A stretch of DNA of 61,925 bases, filler included, from Coriobacteriales bacterium (GTDB lineage: Bacteria; Actinomycetota; Coriobacteriia; Coriobacteriales; UBA8131): NCBI GenBank assembly GCA_031263105.1. It is 5 parts of 5 records of this genome, joined end to end, with 100 filler letters (N's around TTAATTAATTAA, not from the genome) between each part and the next. Parts side by side here need not be neighbours in the genome. Positions count along the whole stretch, not along the records: positions 48,204 to 58,996 come from JAISGJ010000230.1; positions 59,097 to 61,925 come from JAISGJ010000239.1; 3 more parts are not named here. The stretch is one strand, 5' to 3'. The notes under the pieces are model-generated. The model had not been told where the DNA came from. It saw only the letters and a program-made list of their open reading frames with translations, and made no database searches. Shown piece after piece: positions 50,555 through 59,628 of the stretch. The position numbers were made by a program, and so were the translations under genes. Every line of letters starts with the position of its first letter. The stretch's first letter is position 1.

Positions 50555-51631
50555 ATGCGAGGCTACGGTATGTTCAGTGTCAACAATCCCGGATGGCTGG
50601 AGAAGGAGCGGCCCGGTTGCGGCCCCTACGATGCCATCGTCACTCCGCGCATCGTCGCGCCGTGCAGCTCGGACACCCATTCCCTGCATGGCGGCTCGGG
50701 GCCCAAGGAGAACATGATACTCGGGCACGAGGCGGTCGGCACCGTCGTCGAGGTCGGTGCGGAGGTCAAGGGCTTCAAGCCGGGCGACTTCGTCGTCGTC
50801 CCCTGCGTGACCCCTGACTGGCTGGGGCTCGGCATACAGCACGGCAAGAGCTTCTCCCACGACAGGCGGCCCTTTGGGAGCTTCAAGTTCATCAGCAGCG
50901 AGGACGGGGTCATGGCGGAGTTCTTCCATGTCATCCACGCGGACGCCAACCTCACGCACCTTGCGGAAGGGGTCACGCCCGAGCAGGCGCTCATGACCGT
51001 CGACATGATGTCCACGGGCTTCTACGGCGTCGAGATGGCCGACGTGCGCTACGGCGACACCGTCGTCGTCATCGGCATAGGACCCGTCGGGCTCATGGCC
51101 GTCGGCGGGGCGGCGTTGCGGGGAGCAGGGCGGCTCATCGGAATCGGCACGCGTCCCAACTGCGTGAAGGTCGCGCGCGAGTACGGTGCCACCGACATCG
51201 TGAGCTACAAGGAGGGGGACGTCGTCGAGCAGGTGCGCGAGCTGACGGGCGGCGGCGCGGACAAGGTCATCATCGCGGGCGGCGGCAAGGACATCCTTGC
51301 GCAGGCGCTCGCCATGACCCGGGAGATGGGCACGGTCGCCTCGGTCAACTACTTCGACGCCGCAGACACGCTCGCGTTCCCCACGCTGGCATGGGGGCTC
51401 GGCATGGTGAACAAGGACATCCGCTCCGGCTTCTGCCCGGGCGGCGCGGTGCGCATACAGAAACTGATGGACGTCATCCGCTACCGCGGCTTCGACTCCT
51501 CGAAGATCATCTCGCATACCTTCAGGGGCTTCGAGAAGATGGAGGACGCGCTGAAGCTCATGGACAGCAAGACCCCCGACCTCATCAAGCCGGTCGTCTA
51601 CATCGACGACCTTCCGGGTGCCGCTGCCTGA
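50555..51631 (+). CDS. Zn-dependent MDR alcohol dehydrogenase, similar to NADP-dependent secondary ADHs
   Basis: PCSSDTH, LGHE, DMMSTGF, GIGPVGL, G-T-R after the Rossmann beta-strand, DLIKPVV; AGGAGG RBS. Confidence 0.88.
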   Translation: MRGYGMFSVNNPGWLEKERPGCGPYDAIVTPRIVAPCSSDTHSLHGGSGPKENMILGHEAVGTVVEVGAEVKGFKPGDFVVVPCVTPDWLGLGIQHGKSFSHDRRPFGSFKFISSEDGVMAEFFHVIHADANLTHLAEGVTPEQALMTVDMMSTGFYGVEMADVRYGDTVVVIGIGPVGLMAVGGAALRGAGRLIGIGTRPNCVKVAREYGATDIVSYKEGDVVEQVRELTGGGADKVIIAGGGKDILAQALAMTREMGTVASVNYFDAADTLAFPTLAWGLGMVNKDIRSGFCPGGAVRIQKLMDVIRYRGFDSSKIISHTFRGFEKMEDALKLMDSKTPDLIKPVVYIDDLPGAAA

Positions 51632-51741
51632 GCATCTGAGCATGTGTGCCCTCGCATGCGGTCATAGGGCCGCGTCGGGGGCGCTGTTCGGGAGAAGTGC
51701 CCGGCGAACCTGACGCAGGGCACAGGTGCAAGGCGCAACAC

Positions 51742-51769
51742 AAAAAAGGCGATCCAAGGATCGCCTTTT
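51742..51769. terminator. Bidirectional intrinsic terminator between adh and the cold-shock gene
   Basis: AAAAAA-GGCGATCC-AA-GGATCGCC-TTTT. Confidence 0.8.
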
Positions 51770-51801
51770 CCTTCTCCTCTATGGTCGATCGCGGGGCCGG
51801 G

Positions 51802-52005
51802 CTAGACCTTGCGGACGTTGCTCGCTTGAAGCTTCCCGTTCTGGCCGGCCGTGATATCGAATTCGACGTGCGCGTCCTCGTCCAAGGTCTTGAAGCCGTC
51901 ACCCTGGATCTCGGAGTAGTGGACGAACAGGTCGTCCCCGTCCTCACGCGATATGAACCCATATCCCTTGTCCTGATTGAACCACTTAACTTTACCTTCA
52001 GCCAT
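51802..52005 (-). CDS. Cold-shock protein (CspA family)
   Basis: [22 protein letters not shown]. Confidence 0.96.
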   Translation of the reverse strand: MAEGKVKWFNQDKGYGFISREDGDDLFVHYSEIQGDGFKTLDEDAHVEFDITAGQNGKLQASNVRKV

Positions 52006-52295
52006 GTCTTGCCTTTCTTTCTGCCCCGCGAGGCACACACCAATGACGCGATTTACAACCAAGAAATACACGCCACACCCTATGAGCCTTTTTGGCTCAG
52101 TAGGAGAGTTTACCATATTGTTACCAAACATTCTGAAAAACTTTTCAGGATTCGCAAATTATCCCCGAATTTCCCCGAATTTATCGACATATATCGCCGA
52201 TTTGCCGCTTTTGGCCGCTTTCGGCCGCCCGTGTCCCCGAACGGGACACGCCAGACGACGTTCGCATCCCTGTATCCGGGGCGGCAGGGGATGCC

Positions 52296-52781
52296 TTACG
52301 AGGAGAAGTGCCCGACGAGCGCGGCTTCGACGCGGGGGGTCACCCACGGGTGCACGTTGCCCCGCATGCTGGCAATCTCCCTGATGGCGGAGGAGCTGAG
52401 GTACATGTGCTCGGGGCTCGCCATTATGAAGAGGGTCTCGAGCTCGGGGTTGAGGCGGTAGTTCAAGGAGGCCTGCTGGAACTCGGACTCGAAGTCCGTC
52501 ATGGCCCGCAGCCCCTTGACGATGGCGCTTGCCCCGACCTCGACCGCGAAGTCGACAAGGAGGGACGTGAAGGGGCGCACCCGGACGTTGGGGAGGTCGG
52601 ACACGGCGTCCTCGACGAACGAGACGCGCTCTGCCAGCGTGAAAAGGGGCCCGGCCCCTTTTTTGGGGGACGCGGCGACGGCGACGACAACGGAGTCGAA
52701 TATCTGTGCCGCGCGCACGATGACGTCCCTGTGCCCGAGGGTGACGGGGTCGTAGGTCCCTGGGATGAGGGCTGTTCTCAT
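52296..52781 (-). CDS. coaD: Pantetheine-phosphate adenylyltransferase
   Basis: PGTYDPVTLGH, KGLRAMTDFE, LSSS. Confidence 0.96.
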   Translation of the reverse strand: MRTALIPGTYDPVTLGHRDVIVRAAQIFDSVVVAVAASPKKGAGPLFTLAERVSFVEDAVSDLPNVRVRPFTSLLVDFAVEVGASAIVKGLRAMTDFESEFQQASLNYRLNPELETLFIMASPEHMYLSSSAIREIASMRGNVHPWVTPRVEAALVGHFSS

Positions 52782-52910
52782 GTCTTCTCCTTACAGGCCC
52801 TCTCTCAGGGGCCTTGCGTGTCGCCTGCCGAGCGTCCCGCACTGCCGAAGCCGCCCTCCGTGTCCCGGAAGGCGTCCGCGCCGCTGCAGGATGCGGCTTG
52901 TGCCGTATGG

Positions 52911-53513
52911 TCACCGATAGCGAAGATAGTCTATCTGGGTCGTGCCATAGGTCTTGCAGGATACCATGTGGAGGCTTGCAGGGGAACAGGCCGCACAGAG
53001 CACGGCGCCGTCGAGCGGCGTGCCCGCAGCGGCCAGGTGCTCGTAGGTGACGAGCGCGCCTGTCCTCAGTGCGCCTGTCACGGCGAGGCTGTGCAGCAGG
53101 CCCTGCAGCTTCCCTGCATGGCATGCATACGGAGGGTCGAGGAGGACCAGGTCGTAGGGGCCCGACCGCCGCAGCGGCCCGACGGCCTTGGGCGAGAAGA
53201 CGTCGAGCGCGAGCACCGAGCTTTCCTCCTCCGCGCCCTCGAGCGATGCCCTGTTCGCGTCGAGCGCATCCAGCGCACGGCGGTCGCGTTCGCAGAACAG
53301 CACCGAGGATGCCCCCCGGGAAAGTGCCTCCAGCCCAAGGGCGCCGCTGCCTGCGAAGGCGTCGAGCACGGATGCGCCCGCGAAGCCCTCGGTGCAGAGC
53401 GAGCCGAGGGTGCTCGCCCACGCCTCGCGCACGCGGTCCGTCGTGGGACGGGTCGTCGTGCCGGGGGCCGCCCGGAGCAGGCGGCCCTTGTAGCGCCCGG
53501 CGACGATCCTCAT
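52911..53513 (-). CDS. rsmD: 16S rRNA m2G966 methyltransferase
   Basis: MRIVAG, TRPTTDRVRE, LDAFAGSGALGLEALSRG, DPPY. Confidence 0.94.
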   Translation of the reverse strand: MRIVAGRYKGRLLRAAPGTTTRPTTDRVREAWASTLGSLCTEGFAGASVLDAFAGSGALGLEALSRGASSVLFCERDRRALDALDANRASLEGAEEESSVLALDVFSPKAVGPLRRSGPYDLVLLDPPYACHAGKLQGLLHSLAVTGALRTGALVTYEHLAAAGTPLDGAVLCAACSPASLHMVSCKTYGTTQIDYLRYR

Positions 53514-55819
53514 GGGGCGTCCTCCTTCGCCGTGTCGCCGCCCGCCGCAGCAGGCCCGCCGCGCCCTCGCCCCTCTCCTCCGTCGTCCCCGTCCTCATCC
53601 CCGTACAGGAGCACAAGCTCGGAGGCGAGATGGCGGTGCGCGGCGTCCTGGAGGAGCGGGTCGTCCGCCAGGAGCCCTTGGGCCTCCCGGTGCGCCTGTG
53701 CGATGAGCTCGGCGTCGCGCATGACGTTGACGAGCTTCAAGGGCGCCCTGCCATGCTGGCGGCGCCCCAGGATGTCGCCCTCGCGCCTGAGCATGAGGTC
53801 GTGCTCGGCGAGTTTGAGGCCGTCCGAGGAGCGTTCCATGATGGCCAGGCGCCTGCGGGCGTCCTCGCCGTGCGCGCCCGAGACGAGGAAGACCTGCCCG
53901 TCGCGCCCTCCCCTGCCGACGCGCCCCCTGAGCTGGTGGAGCTGCGAGAGGCCGAAGCGGTCGGCGTCCTCGATGACCATGACGGTCGCGTTGGGGACGT
54001 CGACGCCGACCTCCACCACCGTCGTCGAAACGAGGACCTCGATGCCGCCCGCACGGAACTCGTCCATCACCCTGCGCTTCTCGGCGCCCGTGAGCCTGCT
54101 CGTCATGAGGCCGATGCTGTGCCCGGGGAACACCTTCGCCCGCAGGAAGCGGACCTCCTGCTCGGCGGCCTGGATATGCCCCTCGTCCTGCTCCTCGGAG
54201 AACTCGGTGATGAGCTCGGGCCCGTCCTCCTCCCCCTCCCCGTCCGCATCGGCGGCGTGGGACGCAGGGCCCGCGCCCCGCCCCCGCGCCTCCGTGCCGC
54301 CGCGCCCCCCGTCTGCGGCGTCCTGTGCGGCCGGCTCGGGGACGGAGATGAGCGGACAGACGATGTAGGCCTGCTCCTTGCGTCCCAGCGCCTCGCGCAC
54401 CGCCTCGTAGGCCACGCGGCGCTCCCCCTTGCCGATGACCATGGTGACGGTCCGCACGCCCTCGTTCGGCCTGCTCCTGAGAAACGAGGTCTCCATGTCG
54501 CCGTAGAGGGTCAGCGCGAGCGAGCGCGGTATGGGGGTGGCCGTCATGGAGAGGAGGTCGCTGCCCTCGCCCTTTGCGCACAGGGCCTGGCGCTGGGCGA
54601 CGCCGAAGCGGTGCTGCTCGTCGATGACGGCAAGCGAGAGGTCGCAAAAGACGACCTCGGGCTCGATGAGCGCATGGGTGCCGAACAGCACGCCGACCGT
54701 CCCGTCCGCAAGGGCGTCGAGCGTCCGTGCGCGCTCGGAGGCCTTCGTCGAGGAGGTCAGGAGCGCCCAGGGGACGCCCGCAGCGTCGAGGAGCGGCCCG
54801 AGCCTGTCGGCATACTGCAGGGCCAGGACCTCGGTCGGTGCCATCATCGCCGCCTGCGTCCCGCTGTCGTGGGCGGCGGCGAGCGCCAGGGCGGCCACGG
54901 CCGTCTTGCCGGAGCCGACGTCGCCGAGCAGGAGGCGCTGCATCGTCTCGGGCCGTTGCATGTCCCGCAGTATCTCCGCCGTCGCCTTCTCCTGGTCGGC
55001 CGTGAGGGAGAAAGGGAAGGCCGCCTTGAGCGCATGCAGCGCCGGGCCGTCTGTGACGTGCGTGCGCGCGGCGAAGCGCGCGGCCCTCCTTCTGCGCCGC
55101 AGCAGGAGGGAGAGCTGGAGGAGGAGCACCTCCTCGAAGGCCAGGCGGCGACGCGCCCGGCCGAGGCATTCGGCGTCGGGCGGATGGTGGACGAGGCGCA
55201 GCGCCGCATGGCGGCTCATGAGGCCGTGCCTGATGCGGAGGGCGGGAGGGAGGGGGTCGAGAGGGGCAGGCAGGGCGGCAAGCGCCTCGTCCACCAGGCG
55301 CGAGACCCAGCCCTGGCCGATGTCCGAGTTCATGCGGTAGACCGGCATGATGCCGCCGCCGTCCTTCTCGCCTGCTTCTGGGGGCAGCACCGTGTGCAGG
55401 GGCGAGGCCATCCTGCGGAACCCGAAGGAGTGCTCGACCTTCCCCTGCAGGATGACGCGTGTGCCCTCCTCCAAGGCCTTTTGGAGCCATGGCTGGTTGA
55501 ACCAGCTGGCGACGAGCAGGGCGGTCCCGTCGTGGACGGAGGCCTCCACGACCGTCAGGCGGGGGCGGGGCCTCTTTAGCTTCACCTCGACGACGGTGCC
55601 GAGCACGTTTGCGCGCTCCCCTATGCGCGTGGAGGTGACAGGAACGACCTGCGAGAAGTCGTTGTAGCGGAAGGGGTAGTCGGTGAGCAGGTCGCGGATG
55701 GTACGGATGCCGAGGCGCGCAAGCCCCTCCAGGCGCCTGCCGCCCGCCCCCTTCAGGCGCGAGACGGGAAGGTCGAGCGCAGCGGTCTGCCCGATGCGGT
55801 CTGCCGCCTGTTCGAGCAC
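53510..55819 (-). CDS. recG: ATP-dependent DNA helicase RecG
   Basis: GDVGSGKT, DEQHRFG, MTATPIPR, QLHQLRGRVGR. Confidence 0.97.
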   Translation of the reverse strand: MLEQAADRIGQTAALDLPVSRLKGAGGRRLEGLARLGIRTIRDLLTDYPFRYNDFSQVVPVTSTRIGERANVLGTVVEVKLKRPRPRLTVVEASVHDGTALLVASWFNQPWLQKALEEGTRVILQGKVEHSFGFRRMASPLHTVLPPEAGEKDGGGIMPVYRMNSDIGQGWVSRLVDEALAALPAPLDPLPPALRIRHGLMSRHAALRLVHHPPDAECLGRARRRLAFEEVLLLQLSLLLRRRRRAARFAARTHVTDGPALHALKAAFPFSLTADQEKATAEILRDMQRPETMQRLLLGDVGSGKTAVAALALAAAHDSGTQAAMMAPTEVLALQYADRLGPLLDAAGVPWALLTSSTKASERARTLDALADGTVGVLFGTHALIEPEVVFCDLSLAVIDEQHRFGVAQRQALCAKGEGSDLLSMTATPIPRSLALTLYGDMETSFLRSRPNEGVRTVTMVIGKGERRVAYEAVREALGRKEQAYIVCPLISVPEPAAQDAADGGRGGTEARGRGAGPASHAADADGEGEEDGPELITEFSEEQDEGHIQAAEQEVRFLRAKVFPGHSIGLMTSRLTGAEKRRVMDEFRAGGIEVLVSTTVVEVGVDVPNATVMVIEDADRFGLSQLHQLRGRVGRGGRDGQVFLVSGAHGEDARRRLAIMERSSDGLKLAEHDLMLRREGDILGRRQHGRAPLKLVNVMRDAELIAQAHREAQGLLADDPLLQDAAHRHLASELVLLYGDEDGDDGGEGRGRGGPAAAGGDTAKEDAP

Positions 55820-55848
55820 CGTCGTCGCCCGTCCAGCCCCAGGCCGCC

Positions 55849-57537
55849 CTATTCGGCGGACATCACGAGGGGGTAGAGGGGCTGGTCGCCCCTATGGGCA
55901 TCGAGCTCGAGGTCGGGATAGGCCTCCCCTATGCGCCCCAGCAGCTCCTCGAAGGCGTCCTGGGCGAGGTCTGCGCCCGCAAGGACCGTGAGCGCATCGA
56001 CGTCGCCGTCCGCGAGGAGCCCCACCAGCTCCAAGGCGACCGCAGGGACCTCGCTGCCCACGACCTCGATCGCGTCGTCGAGTATGCCCAGCACGTCGCC
56101 GCTGTGGATGGCGGTGCCGTTCGCGGCCTTGGCGTCCTTGATGGCCCACGTGACCTCGGCAGAGCGCACCGCCGCCGCAGCCTCGGCCATCAGCACGGCG
56201 TTCTCCTCGAAGCCTGCGTCCTGATCGACGGCGAAAAGCGCCGAGAACGACTGGGGGACGCTTGTGGTGGGGATGACCCTGAGGGGCTTCTCCGAGACCT
56301 CGGCGGCGGCGTTCGCGGCAAGGATGATGTTCTTGTTGTTGGGCAGGACGAACACCTGGGCGGCCTCGACCGCACGTACCGCATCGAGGAGGTCCTTGGT
56401 GGAGGGGTTCATCGTCTGGCCGCCGCTGACCACCACGTCGACGCCGAGGGACACGAGTATCTTCTCCATGCCTGCGCCGGAGGCGACGGCGACGAAACCG
56501 AAGTCCTTGCAGGTGCAGGACGCACCCTCATCCTCCGAAGGCGCACCTTCCGCAGGCCCACCGGGCACTGCGGCCGTCGGCGCGTCGCCCTCGATGCCGG
56601 CAAGGCGCTGGGCGCTCTGCAGGCGCATGTTGTGGATGTGGACCTCGGACACCTGGCCGCGCTGCGTCATATAGGTGAGGACGGTGCCCGGCTCGTTGGT
56701 GTGGACGTGCACCTTGAAGTCGGGATGTGCGCCCACCAGGAGCTCGCAGTCCCCCATGTCCGCGAGGAAGCCCTGGGCGGCGGGGACGTCGAGGTCGTCG
56801 CTTGTGAACAGGAACTCCGTGCAGTAGAGGAACGCGCTTCCCTCCCAGTCGTCTATCTGCTCGATGGCGACCCGTGCGACCGGTGCGGCGCCCATCCCTC
56901 CCGTCGGCCCCACCGTGACCTCGCCGGTCAACGAGGCGACGAAGCCGTCGAGCAGAAGGGCGAGGCCGTAGCCCCCCGCATCGACGACGCCGTTCTCCTT
57001 GAGGATGGGGAGCTTCTCGGGGGTCGCCCTCACCGATTCGTAGGCGACCGTGCGCAGCGCGAGCATCATGTCCTGAAGGGGCTCCTGCGCTGCGGCCTGC
57101 GCTGCGGCCGCCTCGGCGATGTCGCGCAGGACGGTCAGGATCGTCCCCTCGACGGGCTTGCGCACGGCGCTGAAGGCCACTTCGACGGCCACGGCCAGTG
57201 CGCCCGCGACGGCCTCGGCGTCGAAGGTCTCGACGTCGGCGAGCCCGTCGCAGACGCCCCGCAGTATCTGCGAGGTGATGACGCCCGAGTTGCCGCGCGC
57301 ACCCATCAGCGAGCCGTGGGTGACCGCCTTGCGGATGTCGGCGGGCCCCATGTCCGACGGCAGGGCCTCAAGCTCGCCCAGCACCGCCTCCAACGTGAGG
57401 GACATGTTGGTGCCGGTGTCCCCGTCGGGGACAGGGAAGACGTTGAGCCTGTTGACCTCGTCCCGGTGCTCGACGAGCATCCTCACCGCCGCAGCGACAT
57501 GGGGCACGAGGTCCGAAGGGTTCGTCATGATCTTCAC
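55849..57537 (-). CDS. DAK2-domain protein (YloV/FakA family)
   Basis: LNVFPVPDGDTGTNM, GARGNSG, GGQTMNPS, LPNNKNI. Confidence 0.93.
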   Translation of the reverse strand: MKIMTNPSDLVPHVAAAVRMLVEHRDEVNRLNVFPVPDGDTGTNMSLTLEAVLGELEALPSDMGPADIRKAVTHGSLMGARGNSGVITSQILRGVCDGLADVETFDAEAVAGALAVAVEVAFSAVRKPVEGTILTVLRDIAEAAAAQAAAQEPLQDMMLALRTVAYESVRATPEKLPILKENGVVDAGGYGLALLLDGFVASLTGEVTVGPTGGMGAAPVARVAIEQIDDWEGSAFLYCTEFLFTSDDLDVPAAQGFLADMGDCELLVGAHPDFKVHVHTNEPGTVLTYMTQRGQVSEVHIHNMRLQSAQRLAGIEGDAPTAAVPGGPAEGAPSEDEGASCTCKDFGFVAVASGAGMEKILVSLGVDVVVSGGQTMNPSTKDLLDAVRAVEAAQVFVLPNNKNIILAANAAAEVSEKPLRVIPTTSVPQSFSALFAVDQDAGFEENAVLMAEAAAAVRSAEVTWAIKDAKAANGTAIHSGDVLGILDDAIEVVGSEVPAVALELVGLLADGDVDALTVLAGADLAQDAFEELLGRIGEAYPDLELDAHRGDQPLYPLVMSAE

Positions 57538-57917
57538 AGAGGTCCTCCCTGTGCGCTGGGCTTGGGGATGTGGATGCCCTCCACGTGGACCGTCACGTCC
57601 TCGACCTCTATCTGCGCGTAATGCTCCAGCACGTAACGGACGCTGTCCGCGAGGTTCTGGGAGACCGCCGAGAGGTTCGTGCCGTTCTCGATGACCACAT
57701 GGAGCTCGACGAGCGCCCCCGCGTCGCCCTTGGCGAGGAGGATGCCCCGCTGGAGCCGCCGCATGGGCAGCAGCTTCGCGAAGCCGTCCTGGACGCTCGG
57801 TGCGGCCATGCCGACGACGCCGTAGCTCTCGAGCGCGGCATAGCCCGCGAGCTCGGCGATCACCTCGTCGGCGATGCCCAGCGTGCCGGCTATCGGGGTG
57901 CCTGTGTTCTCCGTCAT
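57534..57917 (-). CDS. Asp23/Gls24-family protein (YloU-like)
   Basis: VIAELAGYAALESYGVVGM, VHVEG; upstream of DAK2; extended -10 TGCTATACT at about 57993-58001. Confidence 0.9.
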   Translation of the reverse strand: MTENTGTPIAGTLGIADEVIAELAGYAALESYGVVGMAAPSVQDGFAKLLPMRRLQRGILLAKGDAGALVELHVVIENGTNLSAVSQNLADSVRYVLEHYAQIEVEDVTVHVEGIHIPKPSAQGGPL

Positions 57918-58238
57918 CTTCCTACCTCCAAACCGCGATGCCCCGGCCAAAGGGCCGTCACAGCCGCCAAGGGCCGCGTCGCATACCTCACCAGTATAGC
58001 AAAAGCGTATCGCACGCCCGAAGGACGCGCCAAGGAGAACAGGTCAGTTGGGCAAGCCCGTGATGCGTGACATCGGTATCGCCGAGGAACCCCGTTGCTG
58101 TGGAGCCGCCTTTGAATGTTCTCGACCGCAGCAAATCCACATGCAGGTTCGCCAACGCCGATTGCGGGGCAACGGTCCCCACTTGCGCAATTCGCATTCA
58201 TTTTAGAACGCATGGGGGGGGGGGGGGGGTGGGGGGGC

Positions 58239-58883
58239 TTAGAGCCTCGCCACCTCCTCGGGCCTGAGCCCGGTGTATCTGACAATGAGCTCGACATCGA
58301 GGCCGTCAGACTTCATGCGTGCGGCATTGGAGTACGCAGCCCGCTTCTCGCCTCGCTTCTCGCCAATCCTTTCGCCTATCTCCCGTTCCTCCTCGCGCGC
58401 AACGCGCAGCGCGTCCTCCATGTTCCATTCGGTGAGCAGCATGTTAAGCACCTCCGACCCGCGACTCTCAAGGTATACTCTCATGATACCATGCTTCTTG
58501 CACTCCTGTATCGCCTTCGTTATCGCGTCGTCAAGCGAAAGCCCGGATGCGCGACAGTCCTCGACCATAGATACGAAAGCCGCATAATCGGAAAGCGACC
58601 TGCTTGCAGCAAGCAGCCTTCCGTTGTGCCCGGCGGCGATGTTGTGAACTGTGGCAACGAGCTCCAAGGCGTGGTCTCTGCCCTTGCCGATAAAGGCATC
58701 GGACAGGCGCAGCGTCTTTTTGTCGGGGTATGGCTCACGCCCGTTGTAAATGACGATGAACTCAGGTGTGGGTATCTTGCGCAGCGCTCTGCGGTACAGC
58801 TCGCCACTGTCCACTATCCTCTCGTAGACGTGTGCCATATAGAGCAAAAGGCGCAGGGGCATGTTCTCGTTTACCGTAGACTG
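58239..58883 (-). pseudogene. 5'-truncated Rpn/PD-(D/E)XK nuclease-family (putative transposase) gene
   Basis: Reading frame begins abruptly at QSTVNENMPLR (tail of the EHQS motif), directly after an in-frame TAA; IVIYNG, LRLSDAF; C-terminal 'IVRYTGLRPEEVARL'. Confidence 0.7.
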
Positions 58884-58996
58884 TTATCCGAGTTGTGAGG
58901 TTATCCGAGCAGATTTCCAAAAGGCCGCGTAACTGGCCGTTTTCTCAGGATTTCGCTCGGATAACAGCGGCAGTAAAAGAATCCTCGTATAAGTTG
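58881..58996. mobile_element. End of a TGT-terminated transposon/IS that interrupts the Rpn gene
   Basis: TGTTATCCGAG terminus, a second GTTATCCGAG at about 58900 and an inverted CTCGGATAACA at 58956-58966; runs into the contig end. Confidence 0.5.
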
Positions 58997-59096
58997 NNNN
59001 NNNNNNNNNNNNNNNNNNNNNNNNNNNNNNNNNNNNNNNNTTAATTAATTAANNNNNNNNNNNNNNNNNNNNNNNNNNNNNNNNNNNNNNNNNNNN
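58997..59096. other. Artificial contig-join spacer
   Basis: N run containing TTAATTAATTAA. Confidence 0.98.
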
Positions 59097-59273
59097 GATA
59101 CTCTGGGCTCTTGTTGCTGTCCCCCCCGCCCGCGCGGCCTCCAGCGCGGGCCCCGCCCCCCGCGCGGGGGGGGGGGGGGGGGCGTGACGGTGGGGGTGTG
59201 ACGTGTGACGTCAGGTCCGGGCAGGCTGGGCCGGGCAGATCCGGGGTTCTCCCCTCCGTCATCTTTGCTCGGT

Positions 59274-59347
59274 GAATGTCCACGATGTTCCTTTTCGCAA
59301 GGAACAGGGCCTCCTCCTTGGTCATGTTCGTACTTCTGAGCAAACAT
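59274..59347 (-). pseudogene. Possible frameshifted N-terminal remnant of a Fic/DOC-family gene
   Basis: MFAQKY(+1 nt)NMTKEEALFLAKRNIVD resembles the N-terminus of a Fic subfamily; purine-rich RBS upstream. Confidence 0.35.
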
Positions 59348-59373
59348 GGGCTTCCCTTTCACATCCTTGTGCC

Positions 59374-59628
59374 TCAGTCCACGGTGCCGTAGAGGAGGCC
59401 CCAGCCGTGGCCTGCGAGGGAGGAGTTCATCTGGTCGCAGAGCCTTTGGCGGCTGTGGGCGCCGGGCGGCAGGAGCGTGACGATCTCCAGCAGGTCGCCG
59501 GTCAAATCGAAGGTCTCGGCCATGAGGAGGGCATCGAGGCGGGTCGCCCTGTCCTTCTCCCTGTACAGGGCATCGACCAGGCGCTGGAGCACCCCGTGCT
59601 CCTCCGACTGGAGCGGGGCGGCGGTCAC
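59374..59628 (-). CDS. Hypothetical protein (84 aa)
   Basis: GTGA overlap with the DUF1385 stop; genome-typical codon usage. Confidence 0.7.
   Translation of the reverse strand: MTAAPLQSEEHGVLQRLVDALYREKDRATRLDALLMAETFDLTGDLLEIVTLLPPGAHSRQRLCDQMNSSLAGHGWGLLYGTVD

Noticed and set aside
58048..58206. Small plus-strand ORF (~52 aa, TTG start after AAGGAG) as rpmB, or the region as a riboswitch
   Set aside because: The translation does not resemble L28 and no riboswitch consensus is recognisable
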